DNA from: Candidatus Eiseniibacteriota bacterium
Lineage (GTDB): Bacteria > Eisenbacteria > RBG-16-71-46 > CAIMUX01 > VGJL01
Direction of reading: 5' to 3'
NCBI GenBank assembly: GCA_963792585.1
Contig: CAWBWI010000001.1
Coordinates: forward strand, 1,675,624-1,739,623
DNA length: 64,000 nt
Both the position numbers and the translations under genes were made by a program. Numbering within the stretch: position 1 is the stretch's first letter; each line of letters opens with the position of its first letter. This document shows positions 8,696 through 17,465 of the stretch, piece after piece. The notes under the pieces are model-generated. The model saw only the letters and a list, made by a program, of their open reading frames with translations. It made no database searches and was not told the DNA's origin.

Positions 8696-10503
8696 CGGCC
8701 CTCGGCGTTCGAGCGCAGGCGCGCCATCAGGAAAGGAGAATGCGCCCGCCACTGGGGCTCGAAGGTCCCGCAGGCCAGCGTGTCGGCCATTGCCTGAAGG
8801 ACGCGTAGGTGTTCGAGTGCGGCTTCCATACGCACCGGCTGATGAAGATCGTCGAAGGGAGAATGGTACACACGCAGCCCCCAGTCGAGATACCTCCAGA
8901 GACCGTCATCGGATGATAGATTGATGAATCGGAGTCCCTCCTGAATCAGGATCGACGGAATCCCCGCCTGTGCGAAGGCATACTGATCGGAACGCTGGAA
9001 CTCGTCCCGCACTTGAAAGGCGGCGGGAATGGGGGAAACGGAAAGCCCCAGACGCTCGGCCACGCTGGCCAGAGCGTCGCCCAGGGTCGAATGCTCCGCC
9101 CCGACGCCGACGATATCCTCGAACGTATCGAGAAATGCGATCCCGTCCACATTCAAGGCGGCCGAGGTTCGGTGGAGCGGAACGAGCGGGTGATCGCAGT
9201 AGTAACGCGAGCCCAGGAGCCCCGTCTCCTCGCCGGTAAGGAAGAGGAATAGCACGGAGCGGGCCGGGCGCTCGGCCCGACCGGACATCGCGCGCGCCAT
9301 CTCGAGCAGAGCCGCGACCCCGGAAGCGTTGTCGATCACCCCGTTGTAGATCGAGTCACCCTCGACGGGCGAGCCGATGCCCAGTCCGTCGTAGTGCGCG
9401 CTCATGATCAGGTAGCTGTCCCGCTGGAGCGGGTCGACGCCACGCAGGATCGCCGCGACATTCGGGGCAATGAACTCCCGCCCGTGGAAGCGTCCCCGGA
9501 ACGACATGCGTGCTCGCAGCGGGAAGCTCCGCATCTCGCCCAACGAGTCCATCGCGCAGACGTCGTCATAGCCGAGCGGGGCGGATGCGAAGATGCTCGC
9601 GGCGACGCGAGGATTCAGGAGTGCCGCGAATTGCTCGGGAGGCGCATAGGCGAGCGTACGGTACTCGGTCCCGAATTCTTGCTTGCGCTCCCATCCTTGC
9701 TGCTCCGCTTCGCGGCGCGAGGGAGGCGCATCCACCGGGCGATCCCGATCGAGGACGCGGAATCGCGCCGCGTCACCCGGCGAGGGGAGTTGGATCGTCC
9801 CCCGCGCGCCGTGGGAGAGGGCCACGTTTCGTTTCACCTCGGCCATGGCGTGCCATGTGAGGGGATCGCCGTCGAAATAGCGAGGGTCCTTCGAAGCCGG
9901 TTCTCCGGCCAGGAATAGCACGACGGCGCCGCGGACGTCGACGTTCTGGTAGTCGTTGTAGTCGTATTCGGGGGCGACGATCCCGTATCCGACGAAGATG
10001 AGAGGGACCGGCCTCGCTATATGGGTGGCATCGCCTCCGGAGTAGAGCAGATAGTCATCGCCGTAGTTGAGGTCGATGGACGGCCCGTCGCGAACAATGG
10101 TCAAACGGGTTCCCGGCAAGGTCCGGCTTCCGTGCGTGGGGACGCCCTGGAAGTAGGAACCGTCGGGTCCGGCGGGAACCAGACCGCATGCGGCGAGTTG
10201 TTCGGCGATGTAATCGGCGGCCAGTTCGCCCCCGCGTGTGCCAGGCTCGCGACCCCGCAGGGAATCGCTGCCGAGATACTGGATGTGTTCGGCGAGTCGC
10301 TCGATCGTGGATCGGTCCTCAGGATTGGCTTCGACCTGTGCATGCGGCAATGCAAGACGAGCGTCGCGGGCGGAGTCCGCGTTGCCTCCTTCTCCACTTC
10401 CCACGGTCGATGTGAGCGAGACGACCACTGCGACTTGCAGGGCAACGAGCCGACCCCGTCTCAGGGCCGTCCGGCGGTTTGGGGTCGTTCGTCGGTCGAT
10501 CAT
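8692..10503 (-). CDS. M28-family aminopeptidase with PA domain, secreted
   Basis: LRGREPGT, SAHYDGLG, NGVIDNASG, GEETGLLGS, NVD, RSDQYAF, YHSPFD; PA insert FVGYGIVAPEYDYNDY. Confidence 0.9.
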   Translation of the reverse strand: MIDRRTTPNRRTALRRGRLVALQVAVVVSLTSTVGSGEGGNADSARDARLALPHAQVEANPEDRSTIERLAEHIQYLGSDSLRGREPGTRGGELAADYIAEQLAACGLVPAGPDGSYFQGVPTHGSRTLPGTRLTIVRDGPSIDLNYGDDYLLYSGGDATHIARPVPLIFVGYGIVAPEYDYNDYQNVDVRGAVVLFLAGEPASKDPRYFDGDPLTWHAMAEVKRNVALSHGARGTIQLPSPGDAARFRVLDRDRPVDAPPSRREAEQQGWERKQEFGTEYRTLAYAPPEQFAALLNPRVAASIFASAPLGYDDVCAMDSLGEMRSFPLRARMSFRGRFHGREFIAPNVAAILRGVDPLQRDSYLIMSAHYDGLGIGSPVEGDSIYNGVIDNASGVAALLEMARAMSGRAERPARSVLFLFLTGEETGLLGSRYYCDHPLVPLHRTSAALNVDGIAFLDTFEDIVGVGAEHSTLGDALASVAERLGLSVSPIPAAFQVRDEFQRSDQYAFAQAGIPSILIQEGLRFINLSSDDGLWRYLDWGLRVYHSPFDDLHQPVRMEAALEHLRVLQAMADTLACGTFEPQWRAHSPFLMARLRSNAEGR

Positions 10504-10512
10504 GCGGACTTC

Positions 10513-11325
10513 TCAGAGCGCCTTGCGCTTGACCTTGCAGCGCAGGGCGAACTTGAGCCCCGACCAGGTCTCGTCGATTGCGCAGACCTTGTAGTCGACG
10601 ATGCCCGCACCGAGGCCGGCGGCGCGCACTTCGGGTTGACCAAAATCTCCGGCGAGCGCGGATGTCTTCTTCGGCCAACAGATCCAAATGCCATCGGTAC
10701 CCACACTTGCCACGATAGCCGGAACCCGCCGCTCGAGATCCCGCCGCGAACACACGAACCACAGGATCATGCCGGCCCCTGCCCCGAGGCGGCGGACGAA
10801 TTTCACTCGCTCGGGCAATGCTCCAAGGACGTTCTCCACATCCTCCGGAGGATCGACGAGGCGAATCGACATGCCGGCCCTGATCCCGAGCTTCTTGGGG
10901 AGCGGCGTGCCTGAGTAGCCGGCCATGAGGGAGGTCGGAATGACCGGCTTCATCGGCGCCGGCCGGTTCAGGGCTCGACGCAGTGCCCCCCGAATCCCCC
11001 GCCACGAACCGTAGGTCGCGTCGGGGAGAAGCTGTCGCACCCGCGCGATCTTCTCCGGGTCACCATCGACGAAGATGAGCGGAACGTGCCGCGTCTGTTT
11101 GTACTGCCTGAGAGCGAGGCCGATGTCGCGCCCGTGCGAGGGGATCCGTGTCATGTCGATCACGACGGCGTCGGGCGGATCTGCGCGCAAGCCTCGAAGG
11201 TAGACATCGGTCATGGGTCCGGACACGACGTCGTATCCGGCCGCGCGAAGGGGCGCCGCGCGCCCTTCCGCCTCGGCCGGATTCCAGTGAACGAGGCGGA
11301 TCCGGGGACCGCATGTCTTCTTCAC
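10513..11325 (-). CDS. Receiver-like domain fused to a DUF3052-like domain
   Basis: N-half has REC-like PPDAVVIDM..TRHVPLIFV; C-half is MAGYSGTPLPKKLGI..WICWPKK..GIVDYKVCAIDETWSGLKF. GTG 11325 chosen because a -10 box lies 7 nt upstream. Confidence 0.7.
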   Translation of the reverse strand: MKKTCGPRIRLVHWNPAEAEGRAAPLRAAGYDVVSGPMTDVYLRGLRADPPDAVVIDMTRIPSHGRDIGLALRQYKQTRHVPLIFVDGDPEKIARVRQLLPDATYGSWRGIRGALRRALNRPAPMKPVIPTSLMAGYSGTPLPKKLGIRAGMSIRLVDPPEDVENVLGALPERVKFVRRLGAGAGMILWFVCSRRDLERRVPAIVASVGTDGIWICWPKKTSALAGDFGQPEVRAAGLGAGIVDYKVCAIDETWSGLKFALRCKVKRKAL

Positions 11326-11452
11326 AGCGGTGATTCTAGCAGGACGCGCCACCCTGCGCCGATCCCCTCGGAGCGGGCACGGCACATCCCATGCTACCCA
11401 CGGTCACCCTCCCCCAGGGAGGGTCGAATCGACGACACCAACAGGAGGCCGG

Positions 11453-12223
11453 ATGGGAGATATCGAGATCCGCACGCTTGCGGGAGGGAGGGTCATCCTG
11501 AATCAAGGCAGACCGTATGAAGGTCCGAAGTCGGCGGGCGATCCTCAACTCCAGGCCGCCGTGCGGAGCCACGTGGAGACCTATGTCGGTCCCCTTTCCG
11601 GCGTCTTCTCGTTCCCCCCCGGCCTGATCCAACTGAGAGTCCTCTGGGTCGCACCGTCGGCGCAGCGACGGTTCCACACCCTCGTTACATGCGGACTGGC
11701 GGAGCGGCCGATGAGTCCCCCGCCCGAAGTCGCCGACCTTCGTTGGGCGGAACTGTCGATTTGCCTTCCCCCCGAGTGGCCGATCGATCCGAACAGGAGC
11801 GGCCCCCGCGAGATCACGTGGCCTTTGGACGTGCTGGGCAACGTGGCGCGTTATGCCCATGAAAACGAGACCTGGGTGTGGCACGGCCACACGCTCGGAG
11901 GGCCGGGGCCGGGCGAGTCGTTCGCCGCCGACACACAACTCGCGTGCGTCGCGCTGGGGGATCCCGTCCAGTTCCCCTTCATGTTCCGGGTGCTGGAGTT
12001 GGCGGACGGCCGGCTCGTCTATCTCTTTAACATGATCCCGATCTATGTCGAGGAGCAGCGGCTTGCGATGTGGAGGGGCACCGACCAGCTTCTCGACAAG
12101 CTGGAGGAGAAAGGGATGGCCGGCGTTCTCGACATCCGCAGGGAAAGCGTCGCCGGTCGACGAACGTGGGCAAGGATGGGCCCACCACCGTCGATTCTTC
12201 CGTTTCCTCGTCGGCTCCGGTAG
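11453..12223 (+). CDS. Suppressor-of-fused (SUFU) domain protein
   Basis: AGGAGG RBS; HTLVTCGLAERPM..P..WAELSICLPPEWP, WP..L..VARY.HE..TW..HGHT, IPIYVEE...G.DQLLDKL. Confidence 0.8.
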   Translation: MGDIEIRTLAGGRVILNQGRPYEGPKSAGDPQLQAAVRSHVETYVGPLSGVFSFPPGLIQLRVLWVAPSAQRRFHTLVTCGLAERPMSPPPEVADLRWAELSICLPPEWPIDPNRSGPREITWPLDVLGNVARYAHENETWVWHGHTLGGPGPGESFAADTQLACVALGDPVQFPFMFRVLELADGRLVYLFNMIPIYVEEQRLAMWRGTDQLLDKLEEKGMAGVLDIRRESVAGRRTWARMGPPPSILPFPRRLR

Positions 12224-12339
12224 GAACGGAGCTGCATTGTAGGTCACGCGCTGGCCGCGACGAGGCAGCAACGGCCCGTGTCCTCGGGTAGACGCGCACC
12301 CTTCCGACGGTGTCTACTTCCCAACAACGGAGGTACCCG

Positions 12340-12654
12340 ATGTCGATGGAGCAGTACTTATATCGAGTCACCCCGACCCGGATCGCCATGCTCACCGAGG
12401 GGCCGACCCCCAGCGAAGAGCGGGTGGTCGGCGAACACTTCACTTACTTGCAGCGTGGGGTGGCGGAAGGGGTCGTGATGCTCGCGGGTCGGACGCTCAA
12501 CAAGGACGCATCCACCTTCGGAATCGTGATCCTGCGCGCCGCATCGGAGTCGGAGGCCCGCGCAAAGATGGAGAACGACCCGGCGGTGAAGCAGGGGGTC
12601 ATGAGCGCGCAGCTGTACCCGTTCCGGGTCGCGCTCGCAGGCGCCCTCGACTAG
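12340..12654 (+). CDS. YciI-family protein
   Basis: GGAGG RBS; EHFTYL, LAGRT, FGIVIL.A.SE.EA...MENDPAV..GVM...LYPF. Confidence 0.8.
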   Translation: MSMEQYLYRVTPTRIAMLTEGPTPSEERVVGEHFTYLQRGVAEGVVMLAGRTLNKDASTFGIVILRAASESEARAKMENDPAVKQGVMSAQLYPFRVALAGALD

Positions 12655-12666
12655 ATCCTCCGCGGA

Positions 12667-12702
12667 CGGGAGCGCGCAGAGTGTCGGGAGCGCGCAGGGT
12701 GC
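12667..12702. repeat. Imperfect 18-bp tandem duplication (intergenic)
   Basis: CGGGAGCGCGCAGAGTGT / CGGGAGCGCGCAGGGTGC. Confidence 0.6.
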
Positions 12703-13011
12703 CGGGCGCGGCGATCGCCCGGAAACTCGTCGCCCGTGACGCAGACCCCGCCGCGAGTCGCGCTGACGCCCCGAATGAAAGACATCGCCCCGAGGCCCAC
12801 ATGAACCTATAACACAACTCAGCACAATCAGTTGATGTTTAACCACCAATCTGACCGAGTTCCCCAGTCCCTTATCCCACCGTCTTCGTCTCCACACGCA
12901 GGCCCCCTCTGTGCGCTTTCTCCCCCTCCCGGCATTCTCTTGTGTTCGGCGGGAACCAAGGGGTCCCCCCCGCAGCGAATCCCTAGTCATGACTGAAAAC
13001 CAGGAGGCGAG

Positions 13012-13572
13012 ATGATCCGCATAACCGCAAACCAGGTCTGCAGGGCCTTCTTCCTGTCCTGCATCCTGTGGGCGCCGGCTATCCAGGCCGCCGACGCTCC
13101 GGCTTCCATCCAACCCGGGAGCCAACCGGCGGGAGAAGAGGTCGAGGCGATCCAGGCCCCGGCGATTCCCGTCATGGAGACGGAACTCCCGTTGGGTCTC
13201 GAACTGATTCCCCACGACGCAGTCATAACCGATCCGAACGACAAGGGCTCGGTCTACACCGATGGCTCGCTCGGCGCGATAGCCGGGCCCCCGACCGCCC
13301 TCGAGAGCGCGAAGCTCGCGATGGGCCGCGCCGCGATCGAGGCGTCCCGCCAGGCGGGGACGCTTCAAGTGGCCCCGACCGAGATCACGCCCGATCAGTC
13401 GGGCGACGAGACCGAGGCGATGAAGCTCACGCGGCTGGCCACGACACCACCGGCGCCGGTCATCGCCGATCCGGCCGCCGGCTCGGGCGTGGAGACCGCT
13501 CCCGTCCAGATGGTCGGTCCAGTCGGCATGACCCCCGAGGAGTTGCAGAAGCTCGGAAAGGAGAGGAACTGA
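13012..13572 (+). CDS. Hypothetical secreted Pro/Ala/Glu-rich protein
   Basis: AGGAGG RBS; signal-peptide-like N-terminus ending AIQA; 1-nt gap to the next gene. Confidence 0.7.
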   Translation: MIRITANQVCRAFFLSCILWAPAIQAADAPASIQPGSQPAGEEVEAIQAPAIPVMETELPLGLELIPHDAVITDPNDKGSVYTDGSLGAIAGPPTALESAKLAMGRAAIEASRQAGTLQVAPTEITPDQSGDETEAMKLTRLATTPPAPVIADPAAGSGVETAPVQMVGPVGMTPEELQKLGKERN

Positions 13573-13573
13573 G

Positions 13574-16500
13574 ATGAAGAAGCTCTATCTCATCCTCCTG
13601 CTGCTCGCGGCCACGGCCGCACAGGCGGCGATGATCGAGCCGATGCGCGGCACCTTTACCGAGGCGCAGCTCCAGGCGGCCCGCCAGCAGAGCGCAACCG
13701 CGCCGCAGCCAAGCCAGCCCGGCTGGGAAGACACCGAGCAGATGCGGCTGGACCAGGAGCATTTCAATCGCGCAATCACGTTGAACAGCACCGACGATGA
13801 CGCCACGCACTACGCGCGCGGCCAGACGATGATCATCCATGTCTTCGTCAGCCACAACGGCGGGACGTGGGACGCGACCGAGAGAGGGGACGCCGGCGCG
13901 AAGGCCGCCGTCGCGAAGGACTTCTATCTCCTGGAGACTCCCGCCGACGCGAACCTCCACTTCGATCACGAGGGAACGAACGCGTACTACTACTACTCGG
14001 TCGATCTCAACATCAACATTCCCGACAGCGGGATGACGGGCGCCCTCACGGAGACCTGCCTCGCCACGCTCGGCGTCAACGACGGCGACGCGGACGGCCT
14101 CCTCATCGATGACTTCTCCATCAATCTCCAGAACTGGGATGGTGGATGGGACAACGTCATCATCTGCTTCGAGGCGGATCAAACGGGCCGCGCGTGGGCT
14201 TCCTACGGCGCGGCGCGCTGCGCCCTTTACACGGACGATACCGGCAACGTCTTTGCGCACGAGTGGGGTCACCTCTTCGGCGCCTGTGACGAGTACGTCG
14301 AAGGGGGCGAGTGCAACGGCGGGATCGACTGCGGCGCCTGCCAGAGCTGGTACCTCGACGACACGATCAACAACGGCAACTGCCAGCTCTTGAGCTGCCC
14401 GTCCGACGTCTCGTGTGTCATGATCAACAACACCTTCACCAACATCTGCAACTACACCCTGAACCACTGGGGCTGGGTCGACGAGGACAGCGACGGCATC
14501 CTCGACTGGGTTAAGCGCCACACGACCGGCAACAGCTATGTCAACATTTACGAGATCCCGCACAACGGCTACGCGCTGTGGAACAACACGACCGACGGCT
14601 ACGTGATCAACCAGCAGTGGAACTCATGGTCGGCCGCCGGCCTCCGCAGCCCTGCGGGCGCCGACTACGACCTCAAGATGTACGGCGAGAACAACCACAA
14701 CTTCCTTCTCGCGAGCTCGGCCGCGGGCGGCCAGACCATCGACATCATCGCGAGCGACTACAACCACGACCGGCTGAGCAACGAGCACTTGATCGTCAAC
14801 CGCTTCAGCGGCAGCACCGACAACTATCGGCTCCATTGGGAAAGCGGGACGGGCCTGCTCTATCCGGACGGCGTCGCCCGTGCGGGAAGTTGGCAGGGCT
14901 ACTATGTGGTCCGCTGCTGGGATGTGCCGCTCTACGGCGGCGAGTCGGTTTCGTTCACCCTGGACGTGACCTCCGGCAACCTGGACCTGGGGATGGCCCT
15001 CTTCAAGTCCAACGGTGACGCATACCACGTCGGCCGTAGCTCGGCCCAGTGGGTGCGGGATGCGGCGGGCGTCGGCGCGACCGAGACCTGGACCTACACG
15101 GTCCCGTCGGATGACGTCTACGGCTTCGTCGTCTTCGCCAACAGCGCCGTCGACGGGCAGTACACGATCAAGATTGGCCCGACGGTGGTGGCCCTCGCCG
15201 AGGAATCGCCATTCTATTCGGCCGTGGATCTCCGCCTCTACGAGTACACGCCGAACGCGGCGAGCTGGTCGATCGTCGGCACCCGGCCCGACGCGGGCCA
15301 GAACGTCGGTGTCCGGCTGTTCAGCGATTCGGAGTTCCAGAATGAGCTGGCGAACTCGGATTCCTACGGCGCCGGCGCGATCGAGTTCGACGTCGCCGAC
15401 TACAACGGCCTCATCTACAACACCGACTTCGTGCGGGTGGTCAACCATACGGCCACCGGGAACCACCGGACGGAGTGGGAGCAGGACAACGACCTGATCA
15501 GCGGCGTCGTCAACGAGTCCTGGACATCGCCGCACGTCGGCAAGATCTGGGATGCCTATATGAACGGTGACGACAACTACTTCGTGCGTGAATACCACTC
15601 CGGCAGCCTGGACACGGGCATCTACATGTTCAGCTCGACCGACGGCGACCGGTACAAGGACAGGAACAGCTACGCGGGGGCGAGCAACTTCCGTCCGGGC
15701 GACGACGGGGGCGAGTGGTTCACGATCGGCTCGACCGTGGCGGACTGGTATGGGCTGGCGCAGATCGTCAACGACGAGACTTCCGGCTCCTACAGCATCT
15801 GGTTCGGCCCGAAGCTCAGCCTGGCGCAGGATGCCTCCCACCGGAGAACCGAGGAGGTCGTTTTCGGTACCGCGAGCGTCACCAGCACCTACTGGAGCGT
15901 CTTCGGCGTCCGGCCCTACAACGGCGACAACGCCTCTGTGTGGCTCTATGGGGATGATGCCTACACGATCACCAGCCTGAAGGCGAGCGATCAGGACGCG
16001 GGCAAGGTGAATTTCATCGTGGCGGACTTCAACCATATCCCGACGGGGGACTTCTATCCCCGCTACCGCCGCACGCTCGGAGCCCAGGGTTTCGACGTCG
16101 AGTGGGAGGGAGGATCCGAGTTGCTCACCTGGACTCCCGGCGTGAATCAGATGATCGATCGCACGTGGCCGACCCACGATGTGATCGAGGTCTTCGACCT
16201 CTACGTCACCGCGGGCCAAACGGTGCAGATGAAGGTCGAGGACTTGAGCGGCGGGTCCAACATGAATCTCGGGATCGCCCTCTTCAAGTCCAACGGCGCT
16301 GAGTACTACGCCACGCTCGGCAGCGCCGTCGCATCCGCCGATGTCAATGGCGTCGGTGGCAGCGAGACGATGACCTATACCTTCCCGGCGACGGACTACT
16401 ATGGATTCGTGATCTACACGAGCGGCGACGTCGACGGAGATGCCACCTACCGCATCCGGCTCATCGACCCGGCCACCGCGTCGGTCGAGGGAACCATTCC

Positions 16501-16780
16501 GACCCAACTCGATCTGACCTCGGTCACCGCTAATCCCTTCACGCAGGGATCATCGCTCCGCTACGCGCTACCCCAGGCCGGAACGGTCGACCTGGGCATC
16601 TACGACGTGGCGGGACGCCGCCTCAAGACCCTCGTTCAAGAGGGTCGCCCCGCCGGCAGCTTCGCGGCGGATTGGGATGGACGCGACGATGGGGGCAACC
16701 CCGTGCCTTCAGGGATTTACTTCGCCCGGCTCCGTGCCGGAGTGGAAGAGAAGCGCCTGAAGCTCGTGCGGTCGCAGTAA
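13574..16780 (+). CDS. Secreted metzincin-like Zn metalloprotease with repeated beta domains and C-terminal FlgD-Ig/T9SS-like domain
   Basis: Signal peptide; AHEWGHLFGACDEY (HExxHxxGxxD); Cys-rich segment and Met-turn-like CVM; C-terminal IYDVAGRRLKTL..WDGRDDGG..SGIYFARL. Confidence 0.85.
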   Translation: MKKLYLILLLLAATAAQAAMIEPMRGTFTEAQLQAARQQSATAPQPSQPGWEDTEQMRLDQEHFNRAITLNSTDDDATHYARGQTMIIHVFVSHNGGTWDATERGDAGAKAAVAKDFYLLETPADANLHFDHEGTNAYYYYSVDLNINIPDSGMTGALTETCLATLGVNDGDADGLLIDDFSINLQNWDGGWDNVIICFEADQTGRAWASYGAARCALYTDDTGNVFAHEWGHLFGACDEYVEGGECNGGIDCGACQSWYLDDTINNGNCQLLSCPSDVSCVMINNTFTNICNYTLNHWGWVDEDSDGILDWVKRHTTGNSYVNIYEIPHNGYALWNNTTDGYVINQQWNSWSAAGLRSPAGADYDLKMYGENNHNFLLASSAAGGQTIDIIASDYNHDRLSNEHLIVNRFSGSTDNYRLHWESGTGLLYPDGVARAGSWQGYYVVRCWDVPLYGGESVSFTLDVTSGNLDLGMALFKSNGDAYHVGRSSAQWVRDAAGVGATETWTYTVPSDDVYGFVVFANSAVDGQYTIKIGPTVVALAEESPFYSAVDLRLYEYTPNAASWSIVGTRPDAGQNVGVRLFSDSEFQNELANSDSYGAGAIEFDVADYNGLIYNTDFVRVVNHTATGNHRTEWEQDNDLISGVVNESWTSPHVGKIWDAYMNGDDNYFVREYHSGSLDTGIYMFSSTDGDRYKDRNSYAGASNFRPGDDGGEWFTIGSTVADWYGLAQIVNDETSGSYSIWFGPKLSLAQDASHRRTEEVVFGTASVTSTYWSVFGVRPYNGDNASVWLYGDDAYTITSLKASDQDAGKVNFIVADFNHIPTGDFYPRYRRTLGAQGFDVEWEGGSELLTWTPGVNQMIDRTWPTHDVIEVFDLYVTAGQTVQMKVEDLSGGSNMNLGIALFKSNGAEYYATLGSAVASADVNGVGGSETMTYTFPATDYYGFVIYTSGDVDGDATYRIRLIDPATASVEGTIPTQLDLTSVTANPFTQGSSLRYALPQAGTVDLGIYDVAGRRLKTLVQEGRPAGSFAADWDGRDDGGNPVPSGIYFARLRAGVEEKRLKLVRSQ

Positions 16781-16792
16781 GTCGCCTCCACC

Positions 16793-16825
16793 GGCCCCGG
16801 CCTCAGCGATGAGGCCGGGGCCTTT
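16793..16825 (+). terminator. Rho-independent terminator
   Basis: 13-bp stem GGCCCCGGCCTCA / TGAGGCCGGGGCC with GCGA loop, then TTT; 12 nt after the stop codon. Confidence 0.75.
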
Positions 16826-16877
16826 CCCATCTCGCGCTTTGATCCCGGAGATCTCATCCCTATGATTAGACTCCTCT

Positions 16878-17465
16878 ATGGTGGCCGACCCGGATCCCGG
16901 AGCCCTCGAGTCGACTCGGACGCTCATTCTGCGCGTCCGGAAGGGGGACGAGACCGCGCGGGATCAGCTCTTCTCGCGGTTCCTTCCCGGACTCCGGCGA
17001 TGGGCCCATGGCCGGCTGCCCTCGAAGGCACGAAGCTTGGTCGACACGGACGATGTCGTACAGGTCTCGTTGATGCGCGCCCTCGCCCGGGTGGAGGAAT
17101 TCGATCCGCGCAGGCAGGGGGCATTCCTCGCCTATCTCCACCAGATCCTCCTGAACTGCATCCGGGAGGAGATCCGCCGCGCCGGACGCCGCCCCACGGG
17201 AGAGGAGTCGATCGACGAACTTCCCGAGGATCGTCCCTCCCTCCTCGAGCGAACGATCGGCAACGATGCTCTGAGCGCCTACGATGCGGCGCTCGGTCGC
17301 CTGCCGCAGGAGCAGCAGCAGGCGGTGATCCTGCGGATCGAGTTCGGATTCTCTCACCAGGAGATCGCGGACGCGCTGAGACGTCCCTCCGCCAACGCCG
17401 TTCGCATGCAAATCGCGCGGGGACTCGTTCGTCTCTCGGAGTTGATGGATGCCCACAGGCCCTGA
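16878..17465 (+). CDS. ECF RNA polymerase sigma factor (kinase-associated)
   Basis: sigma2 region GDETARDQLF..DTDDVVQ..FLAYLHQILLN; sigma4 region LP..QQQAVILR..GFSHQEIA..SANAVRMQIARGL; overlaps the kinase gene. Confidence 0.9.
   Translation: MVADPDPGALESTRTLILRVRKGDETARDQLFSRFLPGLRRWAHGRLPSKARSLVDTDDVVQVSLMRALARVEEFDPRRQGAFLAYLHQILLNCIREEIRRAGRRPTGEESIDELPEDRPSLLERTIGNDALSAYDAALGRLPQEQQQAVILRIEFGFSHQEIADALRRPSANAVRMQIARGLVRLSELMDAHRP

Noticed and set aside
12667-12860. 18-bp tandem repeat and AT-rich patch as a CRISPR remnant, att site or IHF site
   Set aside because: Only two adjacent copies with no spacers, no cas or integrase genes; the IHF-like match is imperfect.
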